Below are positions 25,755 through 40,175 of a stretch of DNA of 64,000 nucleotides, in pieces. How positions within the stretch are numbered: the first letter of the stretch is position 1; every line of letters begins with the position of its first letter. A model generated the notes under the pieces. That model was not told the DNA's origin and ran no database searches. It was given only the letters and a program-made list of their open reading frames with translations. The position numbers and the translations under genes are program-made. The stretch comes from the human T2T-CHM13v2.0 reference genome, Homo sapiens: NCBI RefSeq assembly GCF_009914755.1, contig NC_060926.1. One strand, given 5' to 3'.

Positions 25755-26329
25755 TGTCTTAGTTCATTCAGACTGCTATAGCAAAATATAGGTTGAGTAT
25801 CCCTAATCCAAAATTTTAAAACCCAGAATGCTCCAAAATACAAACATTTTGATCTTTGACATGATGCTCAAAGGAAATACTTATTGGAGCATTTTAAATT
25901 TCAGGTTTTTGGATTAGATGCTCAATTAGTATCTTGTAAATATTCTAAAATTTAAAAAAAAATCTGAAATCCAAAACACCTCTAAGCATTTTGAATAAGA
26001 GATCCTCAACCTGTACTATAAAGTAAGTGGCTTATAAACAACAAACACTATTTCTATAGTTCCAGAGGCTGAGAAGTCCAAAATCAAGGTGTTGGCAGAT
26101 TCACTGTCTGGTGAGGGCCCATTTCCTGGTTCATAGATGATGCTTTCTCACCAAGTCCTAACATGGTAGAAGAGAACAGGGAGCTCTATGAGGTCCCTTA
26201 CATAAAGGCACTAATCCTGTTCATGAAGGCTTCACCCTCATGAGCTAGTTATCTCCCAAAGCCTTCACTTCTTTGTACTATTACATTGAGGATTAGGTTT
26301 CCACCTATAAAAACAGTTACACCACAGCA
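25755..26329 (-). mobile_element. MLT1A0-like MaLR solo LTR interrupted by Tigger4a
   Basis: tgtcttagttc...cacagca, perfect TSD CTCAG (25750-25754 / 26330-26334). Confidence 0.9.
25789..26013 (+). mobile_element. Tigger4a (MER46A)
   Basis: aggttgagtatcccta...ctcaacctg termini flanked by TA. Confidence 0.88.
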
Positions 26330-28078
26330 CTCAGTAAGGATGAAAAGCTCCCAATAACCTTATAAGTCCTTCTCATATCCAAAGTTCTTGCTCTTGGTTC
26401 ATAGCTCCTCCTTATACTTATAAGAAAAGAATATGTATTCAGGAAGTGCTCATGAAAGAGCCTGTGTTAAAAAAAAAATGGAACAAAATTAAAAATAGCA
26501 GAAACTTATTTTAAAGACAAGGGCTCAGAAGGGGCCCATCTAAAACTGAATTGCCATATGATTGAAATGTTATGATTTTGAGAATGGCTGTGTCAATAAC
26601 CCAATGTCCATCTTGCTCCACATTGCTTCTGTGTGGGGACACATACATACATGCACAGACACACACATACATGCAGACACACATGCACATGCACAGCTTG
26701 CCTCCCACATTCTCAAAGACTGTCTTGAAATACAAGGCACAGCCAGGTTAATAAAACATACTTGAGGCTGTGTTATGTTTGTTCATTAAACTATAAAGCA
26801 TTTTAAACCTCTAATTAATTCTAGGTAAATTAAAGGCATGACACAGCCATGGTACTATTGCAAGAGCATTGGTGCTATTATCTTACATTTTTTTACACTA
26901 AAGCACCCTGCTGAAAGGTTTAACAGCCATTCATATTTATAACGGCTTTCTAGATTTTTTTTTTTTTTTGCCTTCTCAGTTGTCAAAGCATTAACGAAGC
27001 TGGCTTTTGGGAAGAATTCCAATTCAGAGTTATTTTTCCATGAGGTACTTAAGACTCCACACAGCAGCTCGTGATTATGTTGGCAGTGGCTTTGCATAAC
27101 TGTAGGTTTCCTGTAGTATAAATAAGTGAACAGCTAAGAATGCTAATGTTTTGCCTTGACCAAGAAAAAGCTCTCCATAAATGACAAGGAATCACCCTCA
27201 TTGGACTATTTAAGTTTGAGTGTTTTTTTTTTTTTTTCTCTAAAGGGGTAAGTTAAACCAAAACAATAGAGATAGGTCATCATATAATACATACTACTGC
27301 TTTGAGATCATTAAAGAAAAAAAAAGTTTTAAAATTGTTTAATTTCCGAAGTCCTTTCTAGTTGGCAAACTCAACTGGAGAAAAGCCATGAGAGTCACCG
27401 ATGAACACCAATTCAGGCAGCAGCCAGTTGTAGCTAAATGCAGTCAAAGAAGGTCAGAGCCTTTGCCCTCTTGAGACTCAGATGGAAAGGGAAGAAAAGG
27501 AAGCCTGGGCTGGGAATGAGGACACCCAAGGAGGTTAAGAAGAAAAGACTACAGCAGAGAGAGCTTGGCAAGAAAGGAGCATGCAGTTGGGATTCCAAGC
27601 GGCAGCACCCAAGGGCAGCTTTGCTTCTCATCAACCATCACAGTAGAGAGCAGTGCGAGCCCCTCTGTGAGACAGGATCTTCAGGACTTTGCACAGAGCA
27701 GTGTGACTTTTGCTTCTTCCACATCCTCCAAGATTCTTAGCACAAAATGCTCACCAACTAACCTACTCCCTCTTCACTCTTCCCCTCACACTCTACAGTC
27801 CAGCGCTGTTTAGCTAAAGCCTGGTAAATGCCCTCTCTGAGTGCCTTGCAGTTATCACTGCCTCCCACCTTCTCTCACCTCCTGCCCTGCCCTTTTCCCT
27901 AATGAGGGCTCAGCCTTCCAGCCAGGGCAGCCTTCTCTCCAGGACAAGTGGACTGCCCTCCCTCGCTCTGCATTAGGTACCATAGCTCACAGGCCTGCCT
28001 TTCCACTTTCTGTGGTTTCTCACTTGTCCATCTTCCCCAGAAGAAAATGAGCTTCTCCAGGGTCACACCACGACTTAG

Positions 28079-28447
28079 TGTATTAGTCCGTTTTCATGCT
28101 GTTATGAAGAAATACCCGAGACTGAGTAATTTATAAAGGAAAGAAGTTTAATTGACTCACTGTTCTGCAGGGCTGGGGAGGCCTCAGAATCATGGTGGAA
28201 TGGGAGGCAAACTCCTCTTTCTTCACATGACAGCAGGAAGGAGAAGAATTATAGACAAGTAAAGAAGGAAGCCCCCCATAAAACTATCAGATCTCATGAG
28301 AACCCACCCACCACCATGAGAACAGCACAGGGGAAACCACCCCCATGACCCAATCACCTCCCACTGGGTTCCTCCTATGCCACAGAGGGACCATGGGAAC
28401 CACAATTAAAGATGACATTTGGGTGGGGACCCAGCCAAACCACGTCA
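28079..28447 (-). mobile_element. Solo THE1C/D LTR inserted in an L2 3' end
   Basis: tgtattagtccg...ccaaaccacgtca, perfect TSD CTTAG. Confidence 0.92.
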
Positions 28448-28849
28448 CTTAGATAATTTTTATCCTTAGAGCATGACCTGGTGCTAGCACACAGTGGACC
28501 CTTGGAAAAGAAAGAACAAATTAATGAATGTGATTTGTACTGCTTTTATTTATGTGTTATTCCATAATGAAATGGCAACATGAATTATATTAAGCAAATC
28601 ATTTTTACTGATTATTTAAAAGGTTTTAAATCACTGTGATAACCTGGTAATAATCTAGATAATACAAAATAACATTATCATATTGATAACTTTATATTAT
28701 ATTATAGACAAAGTATTATTTTTATATAGTATAGGTTCACACAGGAAGGTTTCACAATGAATGTTTTATAGTTCTACGTCATCTTCCCTAAATATCATTA
28801 AAATAATTAGTTTGAACAACCATGGTTATTTTTGCCAAGATAGTCAGTT

Positions 28850-29945
28850 TTTAAATTTTTTTTATAATAGACATGTCACTCATACACAAATGTGAAAAGA
28901 ACAAAATAATGAGCCCCATGAACTCATCACCCAACAATTTTCAACTCACAACTAATCTTGTTTCATCTATACCCTCACCTAACCCTCTGCCAGCAAATCC
29001 CAGACATCACATAATTTCATCTATAAATATTTTAGTATATATCTCTAAAAGATAAGGATTTCTTTTAAAATACAATATCAATATTACACCTAAAAAATAA
29101 TCATTTCTTAATATCAAATATCTAGTCAGTGTTCAAATTTCCAATTGAAACAGAAATTTTAATGATTTTCATAGTTTGCTTATTGAATCAGAATGCTAAA
29201 ACATTCATACATTATGACTGATTGATTGATAAATTTCTTGACTTTCTTTCAATTCATAGATTTTCCCCTTCATCTCCCTTTCTTTCTTACAATTTATTTG
29301 TTGAAAAAAACAAGGATATTTATGTCACAGAACTTTCCAGTCTGTATTTTGCTATTCATGTGCTGTCTTTGAACATGATCCTCTGCCCACTGCACTTCCT
29401 GTAAATTGGTGGTTGCATTTAGAGGCTTGATCAGATTCAAGTTTCATCCATTGGCAAGACTACTTCAAAGATAGTTATGTGTTCTTTCGTCAAGAGGCAC
29501 ATAATGTCTGGTGGTCTCTTTTTGTGGAGTTAGTGGCCAGGATCCACTAATTCGTTAGCAGTTTCATAAGGGTGATATTCCAGTTCTATCATCTCTTCTT
29601 AACTTATTAGCTAGATACTTCTATAAATACAAATTTCCTATTATCAACTCATTTGGTTACTCAGCGGTACAGTTTATATAGAAAAGAAAAAATAAATATT
29701 TGATTCTTTCTTTTTAGTGTTCAAAATAATGAGTTGGTTCCTTAACACCAGACAATGGTGAACAATTAGCTGTTGTAGTTTTTCTCCCCTAGTGTCATTT
29801 TGAACTCATGGATTTAATTATATTTGATGAGTATCATCCATCCACTGCAGTTATTATCCTATTTAATGCACAAATTGTTTCATCTTTCACCAATGAAGCC
29901 TGGTTAAAATTGGCCCCTGAGTCTTTTTGATCTGACCCTAGTAGC
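28850..29945 (-). mobile_element. L1MC4/5-like 3' region
   Basis: 'tatatctctaaaagataagga...ctagtcagtgttcaaatttcc', 'tttagaggcttgatcagattcaag'. Confidence 0.8.
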
Positions 29946-30812
29946 CCAGGACAGACATTTTAAGATAAATTAACATATCCATGGAATAAAGACAATTTTG
30001 ATGCAGATAAGCACCTCTGTTCTCTCTTAGATAGCATAGCTAGCAAAATACCATGCTACCCATTCAACTATGCTTGTTTCAGAGCTACCTTGAGGAATGC
30101 TCTAGGAAACAGATAACCCAGGGAATAGAGTCATGTCCTTTTATCTTTCAGATTATTCTCTAAGCACTCAGGAAATATGAGAATTTTTTTTATTAACTCT
30201 TATGAGGTTCACATTATTATTTTCTTAAGACCACAAAGCTTCATTTGACATGTTGATTGGCTTGCAAGAGTATGTAACTACAGCAATCAATTTTATAATG
30301 GTTTCTGCTAGAAGTAAAAATAATGTAGGTAAGCCCCAAGTTCCAAAGGCAAGCAGGATTAATCAAGATCATCCAATGGGCTAGGCTTCTCTTTGCCTCC
30401 TTCTGTTTAGCAATGGTCAGCTTTCCCATCTCAGATGTATGACCCAGACATTACCAGACACTGTGGTTACCTTGATCCTAGGCATGCAACCTAGCAATGA
30501 GACAGCAACAAGAGGGTAAAGAAGTCATTTCAGAAGGAAGTCAGGCCACCACTGGTAAGTATGGAATATCTATTCCTGATCATTCTTACTAATTGTGGAA
30601 GGCAATATTTGCCTACTATGGATTAAGGTGGGTTATAATTTGACAAAAAAACAGTGATTGGGAAGATCGATTTGGATGTTTCTTCCGGCTAATGTGGGGG
30701 TAATATTGTCTTGCTAGTTAAGCAAAAAGCACAAATATATGATCAGTCACTAAGCATTTTCTTGCTTCATTTTCATTCCCTTGTCTCACCATTTTTTTCT
30801 CATATGCAAGTT

Positions 30813-31065
30813 TTCATTCATTCATTCTTACAATAACTAATAATTGAACAACTTCTATATGCTAGGAACTGGGGATACATTGTGATGAACAGAATAGGCA
30901 AGATCCCTGCCTTCTGGGACTTGTTTTCTGGTTGGAAATAAAACAGCCAAACTATAAGTAAAAAATTAGACAAGCTAGTTGCAATAGTGACATATGCTAT
31001 GAAGAAAAAAATAGGGTAAAGTGATAGATAGCCACCTTGGGGCTACCTTAAATGGCTGAAGAAAG
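30813..31065 (-). mobile_element. L2 3' end
   Basis: 'ttcattcattcattc...gctaggaactggggatac...ggcaagatccctgcc'. Confidence 0.8.
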
Positions 31066-31082
31066 TCGCAGATAAACTAGAA

Positions 31083-31296
31083 TAGGGATCTGCAAACTTT
31101 TTTCTGTAAACAGTCAGATAGTAAATATTTTAGGCTTTGTGGACCAAATAATAGTCACAACGATTCAACTCTGCTACTGCAGCACAAATGGAACCATAGA
31201 CAATATGAAAATGAATAGTCACAGCTGTGTTCCAATAAAACTTTATTACAAACCCAGGTGGATTTGACCTGTGGGCCACAGTTGGTTGACCTCTTG
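31083..31296 (-). mobile_element. MER58A MITE
   Basis: 'gcaaactttttctgtaaa...gatagtaaatattttaggctttgtgg...ccaataaaactttatt'. Confidence 0.9.
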
Positions 31297-32261
31297 ACTA
31301 GAAATCTATTTCATAGATGGCTTGATGGTCATAGTCAAGTGGCTCGGCTGTCTTTCCAGAACAGCTTTTGCAGATGTTCCAAAGCCAACCTATTACTCAA
31401 AGCACCTTGCAGAGAAAGTTGGAGGTCTTAAACAACACAGGCTTACTTGGCTCTATTTTCCCTACCCAAGTGTATAATAATTGAGGATTTAAGAGAGTGC
31501 CCTTAGGAAAAGAAAGAAGATAATTACCAATTGACTTGAGCTCTTTATTGCAATGATTGAGGCTCTCCCCTTTGGGAAGGCTGGAGGTGCCACCCAATGT
31601 GTGCACCCATTTAACAACACCTTGTCAAAAGCCTTTTGGAAATCCTAATAGTTTATGCCTACTGTCTCAAAAACCCTCTGCTTTCTACATTATCTCCTGC
31701 ATTCTCTCTCTCTTTTTTCCCACCACATTTGTCAAATAAGATTTACCCTTTACGAAACCACAATGGCTAGTTTTTGTCAGTTCATATTTCTCCAGATGTT
31801 TTGTGATCTCATTCCTTCTTAATGTCTCTCAGATCTGCCTACCTCTGAGGTTAGGCTGGACGGTCTATAATTTCTCATCCCCTGCCACTCTATATGGGTC
31901 CCTGACTAAGCAACAGCCCTCTTTGGTGAGGTCAGCCAGAGAAAGTCCTACATATCGTAAACATGCCGTGAGCTATTCAGCAATAACATTCAGTGGAGTT
32001 TGCTTTAGTTCAGAGGCCAGGGGGATTTGGCACAAAAAAAAATACACAAAAGGCTGTTCTGTTGGAGTAAGCTTGACAAAGTCAACTGCTAAAGAAAACT
32101 AGAGCCAGACTTTGGCATCTAGAAAGGGAAGAAAACATATTCTCCCCATCCAGTTCTTTGAGGTGCCCAGAATAAGAAAATAGATATTATATGTGGTTGC
32201 CTGTGCTTTCATTAGGATTTTATTCTTCCCATTATTAAACCACAGTGTCAAAACCAAGTTC

Positions 32262-33026
<765 letters not shown>

Positions 33027-35720
33027 TATTTATAAGAGCCTAAGTTCAGCAATGACCTCACTCAGAAGTATGGGTTTACCTGCTGGAGGCATATCTTGCC
33101 CTATTCTCTGTGACCGGATCTGCCTCATCCATACAAACACTGATGTAAACGTACAAAATTCAGGGGTGAGGGTATATAGGGAACATGCAGTCCTTAGGGC
33201 TGTGCCATCATTTCGTTCCTGCTCACTGTTTCCCATTTTCATCTTCTTTCCTCTGAGATGCGAACCCAGCCTGACAACACCCTGTGGCTCCTAAAATTTG
33301 AATCAGATCTCCTTGCCCTTACAACCTTGGTTCTAAGCTTCACTTTCTTACCGTACACGACAGGGTTGTGGCTAAAGGGCCTTCTCACTTTCCAATCCAA
33401 TCCTAGAGAGCAAGGCCAGCCAGGCCAGCCCCACCCAGTCTTTTTTACAGAATTGGAGCATTGGGAAAATCAGTTACCAGAAGTTCAAATATAAGAGCTC
33501 AGGGATGAGGGGAAATGTACAACCCTAAGTGGACCCAACTCTAGAAGGTTGCATCAAGTCCAAAGCTAAGAGCTTGAGCAGTGTCAAAGGGCATCAGTAA
33601 AATAGCTAGAAGTCTGCTTCAGGGAAGTAATCTAGTGTAAAGAAAACCCTAAGAGATAGGATTTCAAGGCTGGAAAACCATCCTCAGGTATACAGTGGCA
33701 GTAAGGTCAGAAAAGAATCATCAGCTGGACTGAGTGCTTACCAAGATGCAGCTGCCAAAATGGGGCTTCTTCCATTTTCCTGATCCATGGCCAGGTGGGT
33801 CCTTGAGAATACAGAGCAACAGGGAACAAATTGGAGCAGTCAGGAAATGACCTTTAGTCTTCCTTTGCCTTCCATTCAAATGATTGGAAATCTCCTTCTT
33901 GCTTTGGTGGCATGAAAAAGTTTGAAGTGTAAGGGTTTTCTTCCATGCTTGTGCCAAAGCATTCAAGAGTAAGTAACACCACCTTCTGAGCCCTGGCCCA
34001 AACCAAACCAGTGAGGAGGTGGTACTCGGGGGTGGGGGGGGGGTGAGTGGGGAGCAGAATGGGGGCCATATGGACCAGCAGCCCCTTAACTGTTTTGAAT
34101 GTTATTCTCAGCATTCGGTTTTCTCTTTAAGAAAGAAAGCATTTCTTTCCCAGATGTCAATCAGTGTGGAAGGAATGTGGGATGAAGAGTCTCTGTCAGG
34201 GGAGCGTGTGAAATAAGTGACTTCAGTGATAGAGACAAAGAGTTTCTCTCCAGTCATTAGCATTCTGGTCCTACAAACACCTCATGGTGTTGCAAGCAGC
34301 TGGCCCGGATTGAAAGTATAGCCTAGGGCCATGAAAAAAATGTTGACCAATTCACACTAAAATTGAACCCACAAACAAACTCTGGCCCACACCACTAAGC
34401 AACAATAATTAAAGATGGCTTTTAAATGTGTAACCCCCATACCACCACCATGACCTGTAATGGAGTGCCAGTGTCTTTTGCTTCTAAGGAGGGACTTGGA
34501 CATTGGGAAAAATCAAGTTGTTTATTGTCAGCAGCAAACAGAAGGGAGAGATTATTAGAACAAAGCCCGGCAGTGCCAATCAAAACCATACTTCTCTAGT
34601 CAAGAGTTCGGTTTTATTACATAATGGAAATGAGCCATGTTCAGCTTATTAACAGCACAGGATAGGGCTACAACACGTCACCCCAAAGCAGGATACAGAC
34701 AAGCAGAAATGGCCTGGGACACATCATGTCTCTTTCCAGGCCTGTCTCCTGACAAGGACAAGATGACACATGTATGGGGGTGCTTTTCCAGGTGCCTGAG
34801 CTGCTGGCCGTTCTTCCAGAACCTTCTCAGGATTTGCCTATTTGGGGTGCCTTTGCTTCACACCCAGCTGGAAGGCAAAGTTACTCCAATCAAGTCATCC
34901 AGCATGACATGGGAAAGACAGATGAGGGCTTCTCAACTCATTCGTCTCACAGAAAACATTTTTCACACAACCCTTCAATGACATAACCCAGAAAATGCTA
35001 AGTGGAAGAAAGGAGATATTAGCAGGCATTTTTGAATGTAATGATTAGGAGGAAATAAAACACCAAATTCGGAATAGGATAAATCTGGCTTCAAAGCATG
35101 GTATTCAATGTGGTTTTGAGCAAATGACTTCACTTTAAGCATGTTGTTTCTCCTCTTCTCTCCTGACTTTCCTCTTTTTCTTCTCTTTCGATAAGAACAT
35201 TTTAGTGAACACCTTCTCAATACTGGGTTCATGTGTATATTGAGGAAAATAATAACTGCCGGGAAGACTGTTAGAAGAATTCAATTAGGAACTATACATA
35301 AAGCATGCCTAGCAGAGGAGGCATTTTGGGAACGGAAATTCCCAAACTTCTTTGTATAATAACAAAACCTCAGTTAGCTGAATTGAATACTCAAGGAGTT
35401 CAGGAAAGAGCTTAATTCTTCATATTAGCCCTAGGTGGCCAGACATCTTTTTCTTTACATAGGAAACTTGAATATCCTTAGCATAAATGTGTGTGTTCTC
35501 TATGTGGGAGAGAAAGAGGAAGCTAAAACAGCTGAGCCTTCATAGGTAGGCAAAAGAGCAAGGACTTAGGCCATGGAATGTTGTTTGGGAAGCTGTCCTT
35601 TTGTGTTCAAAATCCTACTGGTTGAGAAGAGTCCTCCAATTCAGAGTTGAGAATTCCAGTTGATGATTTCTTTACAATCACCACCCACCAGATTCTAAAG
35701 ACTCCTTTAGAAATTCCAGA

Positions 35721-36647
35721 GAAAATTTTTGCAATCTATCCATCTAACAAAAGGCTAATATCCAGAATCTACAAGGAACTTAAACAAATTTACAAGAAAA
35801 AAACAACCCCATCAAAAAGTGGGCAAAGGATATGAACAGACACTTCTCAAAAGAAGACATTTATGCAGCCAAAAAACATATTAAAAAAAAGTTCATCATC
35901 ACTGGTCATTAGAGAAATGCAAATCAAAACCACAATGAGATATCATATCACGCCAGTTAGAATGGCAATCATTAAAAAGTCAAGAAACAACAGATGCTGG
36001 AGAGGGAGTGGAGAAATAGGAACACTTTTACACTGTTGGCGGGGTGTAAATTAGTTCAACCATTGTGGAAGACAGTGTGGCAATTCCTCAAGGATCTAGA
36101 ACCAGAAATATCATTTGACCCAGCAATCGCATTACTGAGTATATTCCCAAAGGATTATAAATTGTTCTACTATAAAGACCCATGCACACATATGTTTATT
36201 GCAGCGCTATTCACAATAGCAAAGACTTGGAACCAACCCAAATGCCCATCAATGATAGTCTGGATAAAGAAAATGTAGCACATATATACCATGGAATACT
36301 GTGCAGCCATAAAAAAAAATGAGTTCATGTCCTTTGCAGGGACATGGATGAAGCTGGAAACCATCATTCTCAGCAAACTAACACAGGAACAGAAAACTAA
36401 ACACCTCATGTTCTCACTCATAAGTGGGAGTTGAACAATGAGAAAACATGGACACAGGGAGGGGAACATCACACACTGGGGCCTCTCTGGGGGTGGAGGG
36501 CTAGGGGAGGAATAGCATTAGGAGAAATACCTAATGTAGATGATGGGTTGATGGGTGCAGCAAACCACCATGGCACATGTATACCTATGTAACGAACCTG
36601 CACGTTCTGCCCATGTATCCCAGAATTTAAGGTATAATAAAAAAAAA
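35721..36647 (+). mobile_element. 5'-truncated L1PA7-like element
   Basis: ORF2 C-terminal remnants (ORFs 35863 and 35994), 3'UTR, A tail; TSD agaaattccaga (35709-35720 / 36648-36659). Confidence 0.95.
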
Positions 36648-36744
36648 AGAAATTCCAGACTTGATTTCCTTACAATCACCAGCCACCGGATTCTAAAGAC
36701 TCCTTTAGAAATTACTTGAATCAGCTGAACTTCCAGCAACAAGA

Positions 36745-36940
36745 AAGTCATAAATAATATTCACAGCTAGAAAGGACTTCAGAGATAACTGAAGGGATCT
36801 AGAAAACTAGATATTTGGTAGATAAAGAGACTGAGAACAAAAAAGGTGAGAGAACTAGTTCAGTGTCTCACAGCTAGTTACTGAAAGAACAAGAATTAGA
36901 AAGAAGGTTTCAGGACACCCAGTTTCCATTATGTCCTGTG
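36745..36940 (-). mobile_element. MIR/MIR3 fragment
   Basis: 'gctagaaaggacttcagagata...gataaagagactgag...cacagctagtta'. Confidence 0.6.
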
Positions 36941-37689
36941 ACTTTAAGATTTCCTTAGGAAAACACACACACACATACACACACACAACCCTGGGCTTCC
37001 TCATGAAAGAAGGAGAGATTGGTATGGCAGAAAGGGCATAGGCCTAAACAATTCAGCCTATGGAATTCAAGCCCAACTCTGGCCAGCAGGATGAGTGACT
37101 TGGTACATGTAATATCACCCATGTGTACATCTGTGGTCAGGAGTCCCTTGTACAGCCGCTGAGAGCTCTGGATCCCTTCCCTGGCTCCAGATATTATAGG
37201 CATGTGACACTCCCCTAAAGAGCAATAGAACACCCAGGGTGTGCTTGGCTAACAAACTCACTTGGAGTTCTTTCCTCACTCTGTCCAAATAAAGGCAACT
37301 GCTCTCTGACCATCTTTTGTCAATAGCATTTTTGTGCTATCATCCGCAGGGTCACTGGTTGTTTGTTCTTGGACTGTATTCTGGGAAGCTTTTTTACTGC
37401 CACACTGAGCCTTTGCAATGAGCCTAGAAGAGCCTTTATCACACAGGATGCTTCAAAGAGGGGGAAAAAAAAGGCAGGGTGGGGAGGGCAACAAGTGGGG
37501 AAAATTGCAATATTAAGCTGGCAGATGCCAAATTGTATAATGGCAAAACTGGAAAAATAGAATTGTGGTTTCCTTTGCTCCAAAATCCCCTGTTACTAAG
37601 GTAGAACAGAGCAGGTCAAAAGCTCAAATCTTTGTAGGCTAAAGCAAGAGTGAGTCTTTGGATGTAAAATTCTCTTTCTTGGCATAAAT

Positions 37690-38420
37690 TCAACTCAACC
37701 AGTATGCACTAAGTGGCTACCTTAAGCTGAGCCAGACATTGTGTTAGGGACTGCAAGAGAGATAAAGGTGGGGATGCCCTATTCCTGCCTTCAAGATTAT
37801 GGTCTGGTGAGATTGAGGTTAGGTGAAAACAGCATAGGAAGCTACTAATTATAATACCAAGCAGAACATAAATTATTCATTTAGTCATTTGTGAGTTATT
37901 TTATTCTACAGACATTTATTGGAGTATCTGCTATGTGTCAAGCACTGAGAATTTAAAGAATAAATAAGCCAGGATCTGAGCCTTCTAGGATTCATGGTCC
38001 CACTGGAAATGTGAATATGTCTATGCCATGAGACAGAGCCATGGGAATTCAGAGAAAGAATGACTTTCATTATGAGGTGGTGAGGCCAGCCCCCAAAGAG
38101 AGGTGGCATTTAAGGGAGGGCTTATACATTTCCTGACCCAGACCTGAAATCAGCTATGTCCCCAAGGGCATCTAAAGACATATTAATAGAGACAGAGGAA
38201 AGGTAATCCAAGTGAAGGAAGAGCATAAACAAAAGCTCAGAGGTAGGGAAACAAGAGACATGGTCAGGAAACAACTAGTGGGTCCACTTGGCCAGTACAT
38301 GATAGGGTGTGCAGGAGAGAAGCAAAGCTGCAGGCAGGACTTCAGGTTAGGCCAGGCTGAGAAGCACATTTGGAATGACCTGGTAGATCAGAGAGGCCAG
38401 TGAAAATATCTAGATGCAAG
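37690..38420 (-). mobile_element. L2 fragments
   Basis: 'acagacatttattggagtatctgctatgtgtcaagcactg', 'gccagacattgtgttagg'. Confidence 0.65.
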
Positions 38421-38539
38421 TGGGACCTGACTAGTTCTAGGGGATCTGGCAGCAAAAACACGGCACATTTGCAGTCTATAGGAATCAGAAGCCAGGAGGT
38501 CAAGTTTGCTATAAGTGTTGAAGTTCAGAGTAAAGAAGA

Positions 38540-39700
38540 ACCCTAGTAGTCAAACTGTGGTCTTGAAATAGATTTTCCACTAAAAGAAATCAACAGTCCT
38601 TGGAGAGGTGGCTGGCTTCAAGACCAGAGCAGAAGATAAAGAAGATGAGTCTAGAATATCTTGTTACGTCAGATAACAAGGATGACTGGTTTTTGTACAA
38701 AGAACTCAGAGCCAACTTGGAGAAATGACCACAGGCCAAATGCAGGGAAATTCAAGTATCAAATCAGTAAATTAACTGTAGTAAATTGAAACACATCACA
38801 TGTATTAAATCCATAATTTCACAGTGATTTTAAAAAGAAAGACACTGATTGGTCATTCCTGGAAGATGCTAGGAAACCAACTGATAAAGTGAGGGAAAGA
38901 ACCATACATTTATCTTATCTTTCCTATGTGAAATGTACCAGTAAGAACCCAAATGTTAAATGAAGAGAACTTTATAGACATATTCCTGCCAGTAAATGAA
39001 TAAGAAATGATAGAACTAGAATATCACCGTTTTGCTACTCTTTATGAATGAGTCTTTCTAAGCATCAATAACTATTAGAAGACAGACAAGTCCATGTTCT
39101 GTGCCTCCTATGCCACCATGAAGTGGTCTTGCCAAAAAATAACTTAATCTATAGATCAAATCTATAGGTCTACCAACCAATTTACATGAAATACAATGAA
39201 CAATGGAATAGCTCTACTGACACCACAGGGATACAATTAGCAAGATTGAGGTTGTAGGGGAGAAATCTAAGGACAAAAGACCCAGTTTCTTTAACAAATA
39301 TATTACAAGGGAAACAAAAAAAAATGGATAGAGAACCTATAGTTTAAGAGACACTTAAAAATGTTATCAACTCATCACAAATGTGATTTGATTTGGATCT
39401 TCGTCAAAATGAATTGTGAATAATAAAACCATTTATGAGATTTAGGTATATGATACTATTAAGAAACCAATATTTCCTTATTTGAGCTAAAAATAGTACA
39501 TTTCAGTTATGTCTCTTAAAATTTCCTAATCTATTAAAAGTGTTTGTGAATAAAATAATGAGTAAGATTTGAGTCAATATTATACTAATGGGTGGGAATA
39601 TAGAATTGACTATTCCTAAGCCTATGATGGGTGTGTGGGAGTTCATTAAACCATATACTTTTGTATGTGTTTTTAGTGTTTCACAATAAAAAGTTAGTAA
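38540..39700 (+). mobile_element. L1MC3/4-like 3'UTR
   Basis: 'tccttggagaggtggctg...aagatgagtctagaatatcttgt', 'gaaatgatagaactagaatatcacc', terminal 'cacaataaaaag'. Confidence 0.75.
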
Positions 39701-39949
39701 TGAAATCAAAACAATAATAAAGCAATGAAGGATTGAACAGGGAACTGGGGAGCAAGAGGCAAGGACAAATGCCAGAGACCTATCTGTGTAAGCCTGCGGG
39801 GAACCTGGCCTCTGGCAGAGCGCCCAGCTGAGGAGGTTCTCAGGTTCTGACAGCTCTTGGCTGTTTCTCTCCTCTTGCCTTGGCTCAAACTCTCCTTTGT
39901 TTGAATTTTCCTCCCTCTTTTTGAAAATCTTCCCACCTTTAACATTCTA

Positions 39950-40175
39950 ATTAAGCTTCACCTCCTCATTGCAGTCTTTTCTGAGCACTGCCCCTCACCA
40001 GACATAGCAGACCATGCCCTCCCTGGAGCCCCAGCCACACTCACCATATCCTCCACCACCATGCCTACCTCTTCCTAATCTTTAAAGCCAAGGACTGTGT
40101 GGATGCATATTTGTATTCTCCAAGCCTAGCACAACGCTTGTCACACAATGGATGTTGAAATCGCTGAATGAAACA
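39950..40175 (+). mobile_element. L2 3' end
   Basis: 'ggactgtgt...ttgtattctccaagcctagcacaacgcttgtcacaca...ctgaatgaa'. Confidence 0.7.

Noticed and set aside
27438-27740. Lysine/arginine-rich 100-aa ORF, possible processed pseudogene
   Set aside because: No recognisable parent protein, polyA tail or TSD; explained by purine-rich composition
34028-34065. G-quadruplex-like G runs
   Set aside because: Common motif with no supporting context
37518-37532. NFI-like palindrome tggcagatgccaa
   Set aside because: Spacer is 4 nt rather than the canonical 5
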